Program-made: the position numbers and the translations under genes
The notes under the pieces: model-generated
Seen by the model: the letters and a program-made list of their open reading frames with translations, nothing else
Database searches by the model: none
What the model was told of the DNA's origin: nothing
In this document: positions 51,369 through 64,000 of the stretch, one piece after another
How the letters are laid out: each line of letters opens with the position of its first letter
Numbering within the stretch: the stretch's first letter is position 1
DNA from: Tubulanus polymorphus
Taxonomy: Eukaryota > Animalia > Nemertea
Length of the DNA: 64,000 nucleotides
Reading direction: 5' to 3'
Assembly (NCBI RefSeq): GCF_964204645.1
Contig: NC_134032.1
Coordinates: 3,868,175-3,932,174, forward strand

Positions 51369-52960
51369 TCGATTGCGCAAGTGGCAGTGCTGATACTTCA
51401 TCTGTTACAGAAGAAGATATCTGTTACAGAAGAAGATATCAAGAAGATGATACTGCAAGATAGCCCCCTTAAAGTTAGTCTCTCAGAAACGGAGCTAAAA
51501 CAAGTAAAAACTTAAGTTGAGGATTTCCAAAACAAGAGCAATGACGTGCAGATAATAAATCAACTTAAGGTCACCAACTCAAGAATGGATTTATTACTGG
51601 AAATTGGGCAAAAATGTCTTGATATTGTGTCTAATTCTAAAAATATATCGTTGCCAGATCCAAGAAATCAATCAGCAGATGAACCATCTGTAGAGTCCGA
51701 TTTAGGATCAGATTTCGATTTTGGTGACTCCCTCTTAGATATTCCGCCTTTCCTATCTATAACCACAAAGCCATCAACTTCAACTACTCATACAAGTAGT
51801 ATCCCGACGCAGTATCCCGGTAGTTGTATTAATTTTTCTTCCCCAAACTATTGTCACGCGAGCACACCATTTGCACCATTACACATAAATGATAGCAATA
51901 ATTCGGAAGTTATCTTAGAATCTCTGAGTGAGTCATCATCAACAATCGATAGGTCTGGTCCTAATGAAGAAAATCATTTCAATATCGGGATGATCTCTTA
52001 TACGCCCAATCATTCGTCAATAATCAAAAGTTTAGATTCGAATTATGAATATATTTCACCTGAAATTTCGAAGATTATGTTCGACAAAAGTAAACATTCT
52101 AGAACGGCATTTGTTGCTAAACTGAAAACAATTTTATTTCCAGATGTCAGTAATATCGTCAATAGAAATGTAAATGGCTTACAGCGTAAGGCAAAATTAG
52201 ATGATAGAAAAATAGCATACATAAAAGAAAAATGTTTTAGTTACTTCCCTTGTCCACCAGCTACTATGGAGATAGTGTGGAAAGAGTGTGTAAAAGCTAT
52301 CGATCGAACAAATCGTCAGCGTTTGAGAAATTTGGTAAAATGTTAAACTTTCCATTTAAATGTGAAGCGAAGATTTTCAGATAGTGTGCCTGAATGGGTA
52401 AACATAGATGAATAGAGTTATCAGGCAAGGGCTGCTTGTTTTAGTAAAAAGCTTTTTGATATTTTAGTAAAAAGCTTTTTGATATTTTAGTTCTCTTTCA
52501 TATGAGGTTTTTATATACATCTAGGGGCCAGTTGCTCAAAAGTTGGTTAAAGATAACCGGCAGATAAATAAAACAGTAACAATAAACTTTTATTTGTCTT
52601 TATGTCAACAGTCAACTTGGTAGCTTTAACCAACTTTTGAACAACTGGCCCCAGGTATTGCCTTATGAAATTAATTATTATCGTTCTACTTACTTCCCAT
52701 GTCCACCAGCTACTATGGAGATAGTGTGGAAAGAGTGTGTAAAAGCTATCGATCGAACAAATCGTCAGCGTTGAGAAATTTGGTAAAATGTTAAACTTTC
52801 CATTTAAATGTGAAGCGAAGATTTTCAGATAGTGTGCCTGAATGGGTAAACATAGATGAATAGGTTTTTATATACATCCAGGGGCCAGTTGCTCATAAGT
52901 TGGTTAAAGATAACCGGCGGATAAATATAAAAGTAACAATGAACTTTTATTTGTCATTAT
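51369..52960 (+). pseudogene. Tandem duplicate of the BEN exon and its 3' region, lacking the splice acceptor
   Basis: Near-identical to 49606-51368; 5' end has a micro-duplication and a frameshift; ORF 51546-52346. Confidence 0.9.
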
Positions 52961-55048
52961 ATCAACTGTTTTTTCCAAATAAAGTTCTGTTTTTACGGAT
53001 CTATAATTTTGAAAATACATGGTTTTCTGATGTTGAATATAATCTTGATACTGGTGTCTCTTAAACTAGTGGATTTGCCTGAATTAGTTACTGATTCAAC
53101 CTTTAAGGACTATTGTATAGTCAAAGCCAGGTTAATTTGGATCATAGAATCAGTCTTCTTTTGAGAAATTTAGAATTGAATATTTTACTTATAGGTGAAC
53201 CACAATCAGTATCCAAATCAGGTCAAAATCTAGATAAAGCGTGTTTGTAATAGAAATGTGGAAAGGAGCTGTTTCTCAAATTGCCTGCCAGAAGTTTTGG
53301 TCTAGATCCAAAAACTCTTATTTTCTTATAACTAATGCCACAAATTTTAAAATTTCCAACATCCCATGTTCAAAAAGCGGGTAGTTGAATCCAGCTGAAA
53401 TAGGTTCATCCCATGTTTACCTCCAGGTAAATTGACAATTTCCATAGTATTTCTATGAATTTGTCCATTTGTTCTGATCCTATTCCGTGCAATAGATGGC
53501 ATCCTGATCGATTATTGGCTGTCAAAATTTGATGAGGTTTAATATAACCTCAGTAACCTTATCAAGGATTTGTAGAATTTAATTCTGAAATGCGGTAGAA
53601 CTCACTTAATTCTGATATTGAAATCCAGATTTTTACTTAGTCGGGATGAAATTATTGGTACTATCAATCAGAAACTATGTAAACTATTGTTCATTATTCA
53701 GAGAAATCTGGACAGTCCCTAGACATCAGAAAAAAGTGAGTTATACTGTATCACAAATGTCGGAAGCATTGAAGGAAGTTTCCATTGGATTGAGTCGACT
53801 GTACATGGATTTCAAGTCAGTAACATATTTATTCAGGTCCTTTGAGTCTTAAGAAACAGCTGGGATCCATAGTTACTGTTGTGCATGTACAGCCAGAGAT
53901 GACAAAAGGGTTAATTCCAACTGCAGAAGAGACTAGAGGACAAATGTAATGAAATATATAGTTTTTGAACCAAAGAGTAACTTGAATATTTTTTTTTCAA
54001 AACAAGAGGGTCCTGTAAAGTCGAAGTCGCTTAAGTTGTCAATAGCTGGGACGATCATTACGTTAGCGAGTAATCCAAATGACATAGAACTGAGTAAATT
54101 AAACTAGAATACGACTTATCCGAGTTGGACTATATGGCCGATGTAGGTGAAGGAATACTTATTCTTAAATGGACCTAGTTTGAGAAGAGTCTGATGTACA
54201 TCGAAAGTCAAAAGCAAGAAATTAATCTAAACATGATTAAATGACAATGTTGGTAGTTAATTTATTTTGACTTGTTTGCATAGCAGGTAGAGCATCTCAA
54301 AATTTCGATGGTTGCTTCAATTAGAGGCTAACTCGCAGAAGGGGGTGTAGGGTTGAAGGTTTCCCATCGATTGATCACTACTATAGGATTCGAACCCGCT
54401 CTCATAATGGGCGACTTCATATCAAATTGTTTTAATAAAATCAATTAGAGTTTGATAGGTTTTTCAAATTAATTTTTCTATTCCATTTTCAATAAAAAGT
54501 TGTTACCAAAATACATTCATAAGAACTTATCCTTAGCGGAGCGCAGATGAGTGACGATCGATCGCCGGTCGCAGCGATTAGCAATCGCGTGCGATTCATT
54601 ATCCAATGATGGGTAAAACCAGGGACTGTGTGCACGTGCATGCGACTTGCGAGCGGCGATGAGAGCGATTGATAACAAAATGGCAGACATCGAGGATGTT
54701 GGGAGCTTATTTGATTTTGTTGTGTTCAGTCGAACGCTCTAAATACTTGGTTCGAAGTTGGATATCAAGCAGGCACAGCCGTGGGCATTATGGGCTGTGT
54801 GGCATATTTTTGTAAGAGAAAATATTCAATTACATGTAATTATGTTCCATGAAAATAAAGTCAATGAATCTTAGCTTCATAACAATCTCATAAATGAGCT
54901 GGAAGATAGCGTATCCTTTATTGGAAGTACCACGTGATGTATCGGTGGTCGCTGATTGGCTTAAAATTATTTTTCCATCGTGTCGCTAGCTCCCACGACT
55001 GATGAGCGATTTCACTGCGACGTGCGATTTTCCGTCGCACAATATTAA

Positions 55049-55375
55049 CATGGTTCCCACAGAACAGGGAAATTGGGAAAAACTTGGGAATTTTGAAATA
55101 ATAATTCCCGGTTTGGAAATATTTGGGAATTTGAAAAATTCTCATATCAGGGAAATATTTGGGAAATTCATTACATTTCACGTATTGCATTAGCCAAGGG
55201 CAACTTTCTTCAGCAGTTTCCCTTGAGAATCACCTTTATCAACCAGTCACTACTAAAATGTTGACTGTAGCATGACAATATGTGTTCATTTGCATTTGGG
55301 AAAATTGAAAAGTCACCCATGAAATACTTGGGGAAAACTTGGGAATTTTGAATTCATATAACTGTGGGAACCATG
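55049..55375. mobile_element. MITE with a 14-bp TIR and 6-bp TSD
   Basis: TATTAA|CATGGTTCCCACAG ... CTGTGGGAACCATG|TATTAA. Confidence 0.88.
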
Positions 55376-55639
55376 TATTAAACATCCTATTTCTCGAATC
55401 ATACTAAAATCGCACGAAAAAATCGCCCGTCTTCGCCAGACTTTTGTCTTTGTTCTCATTAGAAAACCAATTGTTCCAACGTTTTCTTTGGCATGTTTAT
55501 AATCGTATGGTGCGGTGGGGGGTATGACAAAATAAGACAGTAACTCTAATTGACAAAACAATTGAAATTTTGAGATGCTCCTTTATGTACATACATGGGC
55601 GACTGCCTACAAAATACATTTACCAGTACTTCATCATGT

Positions 55640-57433
55640 TTAATAACCTGATGCTCTGCCGTAATTAGCAACAACAACTGGAAGTACTTTGTGTAAGTGT
55701 CTAATATATTTTTGACAGGTTTCTGCGGTCACTGTTCTCCAAAACTGACATATACCTGCAACCAATTGCTCTTTCGTGGTGGGTTTAACATGTCGATTCA
55801 CGTGTTGTTTTAGTGCTGCCCACATTAGCTCAATCGGGTTAAGGTCTGGAGATTCCGGTGGGGTCGGCCAATGGTGGATGTCGTTGTCTCTGAGCCACTG
55901 AGCGGTCGCTCTAAATCAAGAGAAAAATAAGTTTATTACACAAGGAGATACTGGAATTATTAAAGTGACTAGCAACATTTGAATTAATAGAATTATTGAA
56001 AGACATACAAACACTACATTGGGAGGTGGTATGAAGGCAATGTATTAATGAGAACAAGATACAAGATGAATGGCACGTGGTGAAATGGGGGACCCACAGT
56101 GCTACTGTAGGGCAGGCGATGATCCGCCAGGTTTGCTAGTAGATAATTAGTCGTCCGCGTTTGATTTCTTCTACATTTCAATTGAATTTAAATGAACTTT
56201 TCTCTGAATCAATTATTCATGAAAACTATAGCCTACCGATATCCGAGTAGAGGAATGAAAGTATTGTTTATTTGGTGGGTGCTGTGATAATATATAGATT
56301 GGTGACAACCTTCTGCTTATCACACCATCTGGCGGGGCTGGTTTTGCAGGTACCCCATTGTTTGTGGGCCTATGATACTGAATAAATATGTACGTACCTG
56401 GATGTGTGCTTAGGATCATTGTCTTGCTGGAACCTATGGTGTTCAGGATACTCCCTCTGAATGAATGGTATGAGATGGGTTTCGAGTATGTTTTGGTAGA
56501 AGTCTGAATCCATTATACCTTCAAATACGCAGATATTTGTACATCCTCGCATGGAAATACCAGCCCAAACATGAAGCTGAAAAATCAAAGATTAAAATGC
56601 TATTTTAACTCAATTCTGCACACACTTGCCACCTATCAGCTAAATTGAACGCAATAACCCGCTAACAGACTAAAGACAATGAAGTTGTATGTGACATCCA
56701 GAAAATCAAGTATTGATCGTCAAATAAACATTATTTAAAGCTCGCCAGCGATTGGCTCTATCAAACGATTGTGAATAGTGCAATCAGATGAGCGAACACT
56801 CTGAACTTCGGTATGAAATCTAAGAATTTATTTGAATACAATAATGTGTTTGCCACTTAAATCACTTACTTTAAGCGGATGCTTTGGTCGAGGGATTAGT
56901 TGCCTGGGTTCGCCAACTTTTCGAAAACATTTGCCAACATTCTGTCCTAGAGGAACACTACATTCATCGGTGAAGATTACATCTGAAAAGGTCTCATTAA
57001 CTGCCAAGCACTGTACAGCAAAAGTATATCTCACAATGGTGTTGACATGCCTGACCAATTGGCAATATCTCGTTCCAGTATAGCGCCATCCGAGATTTCT
57101 TCTGACACGTTTGATGCTAGAAATCGAAAATTGAATGTCGTAATTCAGTTGAAGTGCACGTTGAACTTCCCTTGCAGTACGCTCAGGATCCTGTCTCATA
57201 AACCGGTCAATAAAACTTAAATGATGTAATCCTAATTTTGGTTTTCTACCTGTTTTAGGTAGATCCAAAACACTATTGGTAGTTTGAATTTTCTGGATCA
57301 ATTGCCGCAATCCTTTCTTGCTAATCACTATTTCTTCCTGAGCTAGGGTACTATGAACTGTAGACAGTGTTGAATTTGGTTGTTCCCAAAGAGTACTAGC
57401 TCTTTGTCGCTCGTATAAAGACAGCCTACCCAT
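55640..57433 (-). CDS. Tc1-family DD34E transposase, intact, 337 aa (exons 57433-56870, 56576-56398, 55910-55640)
   Basis: GRKPK linker, HTHs, VIFTDE, HVWAGIS, FQQDNDPKH, SPDLNPIE with 34 residues between D and E; both GT-AG introns restore the frame. Confidence 0.92.
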
Positions 57434-59170
57434 TCTAACAAGCACTGACAGTCTGGTTGCAAAACTGAAAGTGAGTAAAAGAATATGATGAATGACTATC
57501 CAAGATCAACAATTGAAGAAATGATACCACAAAAAAGAATGAGGAAATAAAACTAATTTGTGTTGAAGTTGATTGACTTATCGCACTTATGTATCATCCA
57601 TGGTTGCCAGGGTTTGATTCATTGCAGTTCCTTCTATTACGCCACCTACGAGTGCGAGCTGATTGAGGCCTGTGAGGCCCACCAGTTTATTACGTAGCTG
57701 CCTTAAGACAATACACCGGGGGGGGGGGGCAATAGGGGTTATGAATTCACATTTTCAAATAGGATAGGCCTATTGCAAAAATATATTGCCTAAGCTCAGG
57801 CAATGGAAATAATTGCTGATTGTCAGGGTAGTTGTAGTTGGCATCGAACCCTGGCAAGCGAGGAGGCCCTATCAAATATTAAAATGGTATTGATCACAAA
57901 CAAAAATAAATGTGTAGGCAGCCTGTTTCGTAGTTAGTTACCTCATCATGGTATTTTGGTGGTAAGCTTATATTATAATCGGATGTGTGTGAAAGTATCC
58001 GATCGACATCATGAGGAAACCAACGCAACATGTCATAAAAAAGCAACAGTCCTAAAACATCAACACGTGAAAGTTACCTTACCTGTAGATACCTGCTGGT
58101 AAAACTGCAGATCCGCTTTTATTAGCCGTTGTTGTAACAAATAGTCAGGGTTAACATATGTTTCCTACAACACTATGAATTCATATCATATATTACGTAT
58201 TTCTGCCATCATACCACCTTTGATTGTAAATTTTATTTCCGGATCCACAAGATTTAACGACGACCTTGAATTGAATTGAACATTATTGACGACTACACTT
58301 GCCGCAGGTGGCACTTACGTATGATGATACTGAATAAAATTTAATTGATAATTTGTTCATCGCGATTAAACGCAAGAGGGCAAAATAGTCGCGACTTTTA
58401 ACACGCGATTTAGGCGCGTCTTATACGCACTCGCGTTTAATCGCGCCTGGAACAAGCGCGCAACAAAGTTGCAACTGCGTGTAAAATAATCTTGTTTTAA
58501 CCGCGGTTTAAACGCGTTTTGTGGGAAGTTTTATCTAGGCTGTACCGTAAGTCAATTTATACTAACTGATGTCATAATGTCATGAAAAATAGACTTCTCT
58601 AAAGCGCAAGACTATAAAAAGTATATACCATACTGTAAAGACTGACGAGGACGGTACATTTCAGTTATAACAGTTCTATATCTCATCAACGAACTAACTC
58701 TTTGAATGACAACTTCAAAAACAAGAGTCCGAAGTTTTTCTAAAAAACAAGAGTCCAAGCTACATTTGTTAGTTTCGAGTCCCGACCTCGCGCTATTCTG
58801 CATCCGATTTTAAACAAGTAAAATCGTTACGATAAACCACTTTAATTAGATACCCGCACCGCTACTGTCGCAATCGAGGATTCCACGTTTGGCAGGCGAG
58901 GATGCGCCAGGTGTCGCTTGTAGTTAGTTGGTCGCCAACGTTCAATTTCCTTCTACATTTCAATTAAATCCGAATGGACTTATCGCTGAAATGAATCGAT
59001 TATATGGATACAGGAGTCTAAAAATCCAGTTCAAAGTTTACTGTAACAGTTATAGAACTGGATCATTTCTTTTTGCCATAAAAGATTTTTAAAATTTTAA
59101 GAATGCATTCAGTAAATTGTTACTATGTCTACTGTAATTTACTCGATATTTAGTATTTGAATGAACCTAC

Positions 59171-59497
59171 CTTGTAGTACTTGGTTATGCCGTTGATGGC
59201 ACTGCACGCGTAGTCGGTGTTGACGTCATACAGGTAACAATGTCCTCCGTTGAACGACATGGCCGAACATTTCTGACAATTCATACAATCACGAGCGAAC
59301 TTGATGATGTTTTGAACATTTCTGTTTGCGATCACGTGGTTTGTTTTCGCCCAGTTTTGTAAGTTTATCTCGCGGTGTTTGTCGCCTATCAAACATTCTG
59401 GCAGTCGAGTGAATTGTTGAATACGGAACTCGGTTAAAACCTCATCAGCGACGACGGAACTGAAAACACCGACCAGTAAAATGTTGATCGCGTTCAT
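59171..59497 (-). CDS. Exon of a secreted PAN/Apple-domain protein (paralogue 2)
   Basis: Similar to 42174-42488 including upstream DNA; ARDCMNCQKCSAMSFNGGHCYLY; same donor site. Confidence 0.65.
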
Positions 59498-60304
59498 GAT
59501 CTCGTCTGATGAAATTCTCAGTTGAATGCGGTGGATGACACCAAAATACTGATTATATATGCATTCCGAAATCTGGACCAACCTCTAAAAATCTGATTGG
59601 TTTTTTAACTAATCATGTCATATATGAATACAATTTTCATTGGCTTTTTCCCAAAGATTTTAACACTCCCCAAATGCATTTCTAGGACTGCGTAGGTACG
59701 AAAGGCGCATGGTGTTTCAGTCTGATTGGTCCAACACATCTTCACAGCTCGTATTGTTCAAATTACTGAAATCCAATTGCCTGAACATTTTGCCTAGAGC
59801 ACCTAACTAAATCAATTAGTATAAAAATCGCTTGGAAAAAATGTATCCCTAAATAGAAAACATGAAGAAGAAGATACTGGACTTGAACAATGCAGTAAAA
59901 TAAGTCTCTTCTAACAATTATAATTTATAGTCGACTGTAATATAAACACATTCAACCAAACACCTGCCCGCTTGTAGTTGTCTGAATTGAGAGATAGGGC
60001 TTTCATTTTGAATAGAGTTGATCTCGCTAGGAGGCGACGTTTTGTTAAAGTGGATTTTCCGGTTCCCATATTCGGACCATACAGCCCAAACATTTTGAAC
60101 ATTACTGAATAATACAAAGTGGGCTTGTGGTCCGTTGACGAATTCCACTATCTAAAAACGAAGATTCTCTCTCTTATTTGAATTGTTTAACTTTATTGTA
60201 ATTTTGATCTTCTGCTTTTCTCTGAAATAAATTAAAATCAAAACTAAAATATAGCTGCAAAGCAGCGATAACGGGTTTTCTGCACAGTCTTAGAATCCTG
60301 TTCA

Positions 60305-60520
60305 ACGGTGGATTTCGACAAAGCATTTGATAAGGCACAACATCAGCCATTACTAAACAGGCTATTAGGAAACGGTATCAATGATAGGTCGCCCAAATGG
60401 CTCAGAAGTTATCTCTGAACGAAAACTTGTGGCCGAAATCAACGGAACGCCTCATCTTGGAATAAGTCGGTCTAACTAGTGGAGTCACGCAAGGTAGTAT
60501 CCTAACCCATCTTCTGTTTA
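60305..60520 (+). mobile_element. CR1/L2-type LINE reverse transcriptase fragment
   Basis: VDFDKAFDK...WLRSYL...SGVTQGSILTHLLF, with frameshifts. Confidence 0.8.
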
Positions 60521-61159
60521 ATGTCCTGACAAATGACATACACAGTAATCCAATATATACCAGACCGAGTAAATTTCCAAAACGAACTTAACACGCCGTT
60601 CGACCAAAAAACTTAACGTTCCGACAAGAAAATCTTGTTCGAGTGAAAACAATTCTGTTTGATCAAACAATACGCTTTTTGTTTGAACCAAAACTTTCTT
60701 CATTCTGACATAAAAATGTATTCGAGTGAAAAGCTTTGTTATTGTTGAAATGAAACACATTTTGTCCCTGCAAAAAAATTTGGTTGAGCGAAAACAATTC
60801 TTTTCGAACGAATGTTTGAATGAAAACAATTCTGTTCGATTGTCGAAATACTTAATACTTTTGGTTGAAAATTTTTTTACAATATACTAGTTCGAATGAA
60901 AAACTTAATGTTCTTACAAGAAAAGTCTGTTCAAATTAAAACGATTCTGTTCGATAGAATAATTGTTCGAACGAAAAACCTTTCGTTTGGACAAAAAAAG
61001 TTTGTTCAACTTTGTTCTAACGATTTTTTCAAATTGGTTCAATCGAAAAGAATATCATTGGTTGGAATGAAATAAATTTTGTTCCAACGAAAGGATTTTC
61101 AAGCGAAAGGTCGTTTGAACGAAAAAAAAGATATTTCTGTGGCTCCGCAGTAACTTATC

Positions 61160-61485
61160 GCCGGACGTAGGTCAGCCTTGTGACGCGATGCGATCCTCGT
61201 GTTGCATCGCAAGTTTCGGTGCAAGTCGGTTGCGATATGATTGTCAGCGACTGTGTGCGACCAGTTTCTGCCAGTCACAAGAGCGCGTCAGTCGGTTGTG
61301 ACAGTCGTGTCGCGTCGCAGAAAGTAGAACACGTGCGACTCCTTGTGACTGGCGTTGCTGAAAGCCGCAACCTGTCGCAAGGGAGCTTAGGTCGATGAGT
61401 CGTTGCGAGAAAATCGTTGCTGGCGGTCGCAGTGATTGGCATCGCAGTGAGTCACAAGCCGTCGCAAGGCCGACCTACGCCCTGC
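61160..61485. mobile_element. MITE, probably Harbinger-type
   Basis: Imperfect roughly 25-bp TIR GCCGGACGTAGGTCAGCCTTGTGAC / GTCGCAAGGCCGACCTACGCCCTGC; internal GTCGCA repeats. Confidence 0.65.
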
Positions 61486-62320
61486 TTAAGTCATTAGGAA
61501 TTAATGAAATACCAGTTTCATTTATGATGAGAAAACTCAAATGAAAAGTCTGGCTTATAAAGCTGTCTGCCCAGACGAAATTTTCAAAAAAATCTTTATT
61601 TTTGGCAATAAAATTGATAATTGTGATTGATCTTCGCAAGTCACAACCAGTTAATCACTAATTAACATGCATTTTAATAAATCTGATTCCTCCTTTACAG
61701 TGAACTTAGCTTTAACCTAGCAGAGGCTACTAGCCTATGTAGGCCTATGTATATGCGTAGGCCTAACATCCGGACAGATTGGTCGTAGGCCTATTGAATA
61801 ACAACCCACCTAAATATCGTAAATTGTGTTTTGAAGTTCAATCCAATGAGTCCGTTAATAAACGCAACAATTATACTGTGTTTGTTTGAGACAGTAAAGC
61901 TCAGTACCGGTAGGCCTAAAGCCGCGTAAAACTCGATAAACACTTCAAGCGACACAGCAAACGGTCTCCTTTCCCCCACAGCGAACGCTTACTCCGAATG
62001 TCAAGTGTGAGTCCAGCATACGGAAAGGAGTGTGTTATATACTTTTGTATTTAGTAAATACCTTGTGCATTTGACAATGATCGGTATGTAATGTAGGGAA
62101 TATAGAGTATTGATGGTATTGATATAGAGGTTGAAGCCCGCGGCCGAATAAAGTAATATATTCTTTTATTTTGATACCTCGGCTTTTCTCCGCTATATCT
62201 CTTCGGCGTGTTTCGTTTAGGCCCACGACTCCCCTGTACACCTAGGATTTATCTTAGTAAATACACGGTTAATTTGGTATGGAAAAAATAGGTATTGCTT
62301 AACTAACTGCCGAAACCTGA

Positions 62321-62712
62321 AAACCTGAAAATTTCGAAATTGTTTGGAATAATTTATACGGGGCATTTCTTATAGATGATTGTGGTGAATTTAAATTTAA
62401 AGTTGGTCAAAATGTTAGAATTTCTAAGTATAAAAAGATATTTCATAAAGGATACAATCGTAATTTTACTAGAGAAATATATAAAATATAAAAGTAATAA
62501 CAACAAAACCGTATGTCTATAAGTTAGAAGATTTAGATGGTGAAGAAGTTGATGGGAATTTTTGTGAAGAAGAATTAATTTTAACTACTGAAAATCTAGA
62601 ACAAGAATATAAAATTGAAAAAGTACTAAAAACAAAAACTGTTAAAAGAAAAAAATATGGGGTTGGACGGCCAGATGAATTTAATGATTGGATATTATCG
62701 AGTAATAAAAAT
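62321..62712 (+). pseudogene. Solo fragment of a related Polinton integrase C-terminus with chromodomain
   Basis: EIVWNNLYGAF...FKVGQNVRISKYKK...KPYVYKLEDL...EEEL...EQEYKIEKVLK...DEFNDWILSS, collinear with the 17938-18960 protein. Confidence 0.88.
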
Positions 62713-63002
62713 TCGAATTTCGAGATCCAAATTCGACTTAATAAATCAAATTTCCACATAATAAGTCAAATTTCCACATAGTTAGTCGGAATTCGACTAA
62801 CGTAACAAATCAAATTTCTACATTAAGTCCAAATTCGACTCAATAAGTCAAATATCGACTTAATAAGTCGAATTTCGAAAGTCGATTTTTCACATAATAA
62901 GTCGAATTTCCACATAATAAGTCGAATTTCCACATGATGAGTCGAGATAATCAGTCGAAATTGTGAAAATATTATCTCGTATGTCACCTAGGGGCTTCGG
63001 TA
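62712..63002. repeat. Minisatellite-bearing repeat (AATAAGTCGAATTTCCACAT-like units)
   Basis: Degenerate units of about 20 bp, ending in ATGTCACCTAGGGGCTTCGGTA. Confidence 0.65.
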
Positions 63003-63719
63003 CGTATGCGCCGTTTCTCTATCGTGTAGAAACTTCTACAAACGCTACCAGTTAGTACGAATTCGGTGCTAGTATTTCACTTGACAGACCCTGCCTTCAC
63101 AAGCAAGAAATTACCTTACTCTTAGTTGGGTAGTTTCCTAATCATTTGTGTATTATCTGCGACATGAATGTCATTCCATATTGTTTCTAATTCACATGAA
63201 TCTTACATCGATTCCTGTACGTATTGGTTGATTAGGGTAACATGCCCAGTTTTATCTATAACCATATCTTATGGATTTATTCAATCAATTTTACTCGTCT
63301 AATCACAACAATAACTATAACTATATCTGATTATTTGTCATAGCCATATACGTTTATTTCATCATAGTCCAATAGATATCATTAGAATTATTTGATCTTA
63401 ATTCTATGGTAATTTTGGGGCCTTCTCATTTAAGTTAAATTATTTTACTCCCGAGGCCCAGAAAAACAGTTGATTCGATGTCAAATGAAATGTAGACATC
63501 AACCAACCGAGTAGACAAACTAGTAGCGCACTCTGGCGGTGCCGGCAGGTCGCTGTAACGAATTTACTGTGTCTAATTTAGGCTGCTCGATCGACCGCTT
63601 CACGATGACGATGATGGGATTCATTTCGATATACTCGACGATGGAAATTGCGCTGGATCGCTGCTTCGCGATCAAAACGGCATCTTAACCGGCACAACAC
63701 GACGACTATCCGGTTCTAA

Positions 63720-64000
63720 GCTATGGTGGCTGATTAGGGCCAAGTTAAAAAAAAATTTCCGTGCAATATAAACCATGCAAAAAATATATTGCTTCGTTTC
63801 TGCGTCCGTTTCTGCGTGGCGCAAAAACGAAATTCACCGCGCAGAAACGCGCCAAAACGAGCGCAGAAACGAAGTTCGTTTCTGCGCCCTTTTTGGCGCG
63901 TTTTAGCGCGGTAATTTCTCATTTTTGCGCCGCGCAAAAATGCACTTCGTTTCTGCGTCCGTTTTGGCTCGTTTTAGCGCGGTGATTTCTTGTTTTTGCG
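63720..64000. repeat. Repeat starting GCTATGGTGGCTGATT with internal GC-rich short repeats (related start at about 25915)
   Basis: Shared 16-mer followed in both places by GCGCAAAAA-type repeats; runs off the window. Confidence 0.55.

Larger units (their letters stand above)
44947..58542. mobile_element. Giant (13,596 bp) cargo-carrying Tc1/mariner transposon
   Basis: TA|CAGCCTAGATAAAACCTCCC ... GGGAAGTTTTATCTAGGCTG|TA (19/20 TIR), CGCG-rich subterminal repeats at both ends, DD34E transposase inside. Confidence 0.85.

Noticed and set aside
53690-53960. Possible pogo/CENP-B HTH remnant (SYTVSQMSEALKEV)
   Set aside because: Only a short degenerate match, with no TIRs or catalytic domain.

Overview
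This is AT-rich eukaryotic DNA, probably from a marine invertebrate (inferred from spliceosomal introns, microsatellites, animal transposon families, an intronless class A GPCR and PAN-domain genes). Two large mobile units dominate. (1) About 1.1-22.9 kb is a decaying endogenous Polinton/Maverick (adintovirus-like) virus with roughly 260-300 bp TIRs. It encodes pPolB, minor and major capsid proteins, an A32-type ATPase, an RVE integrase, an HNH nuclease and a block of membrane proteins, but no recognisable adenain protease. Most of its genes start in a poxvirus-like TAAATG context. A Kolobok-like element and a piggyBac have inserted into it. (2) 44947-58542 is a 13.6-kb Tc1/mariner element (20-bp TIRs, TA TSD). 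It carries an intact two-intron DD34E transposase and, convergently, a three-exon cargo gene for a Tudor-like/NLS/coiled-coil/BEN-domain protein. The rest holds a near full-length LINE, a frameshifted GPCR, two PAN/Apple paralogues, MITEs, transposon remnants and microsatellites. All calls come from reading motifs by eye; no searches were run.
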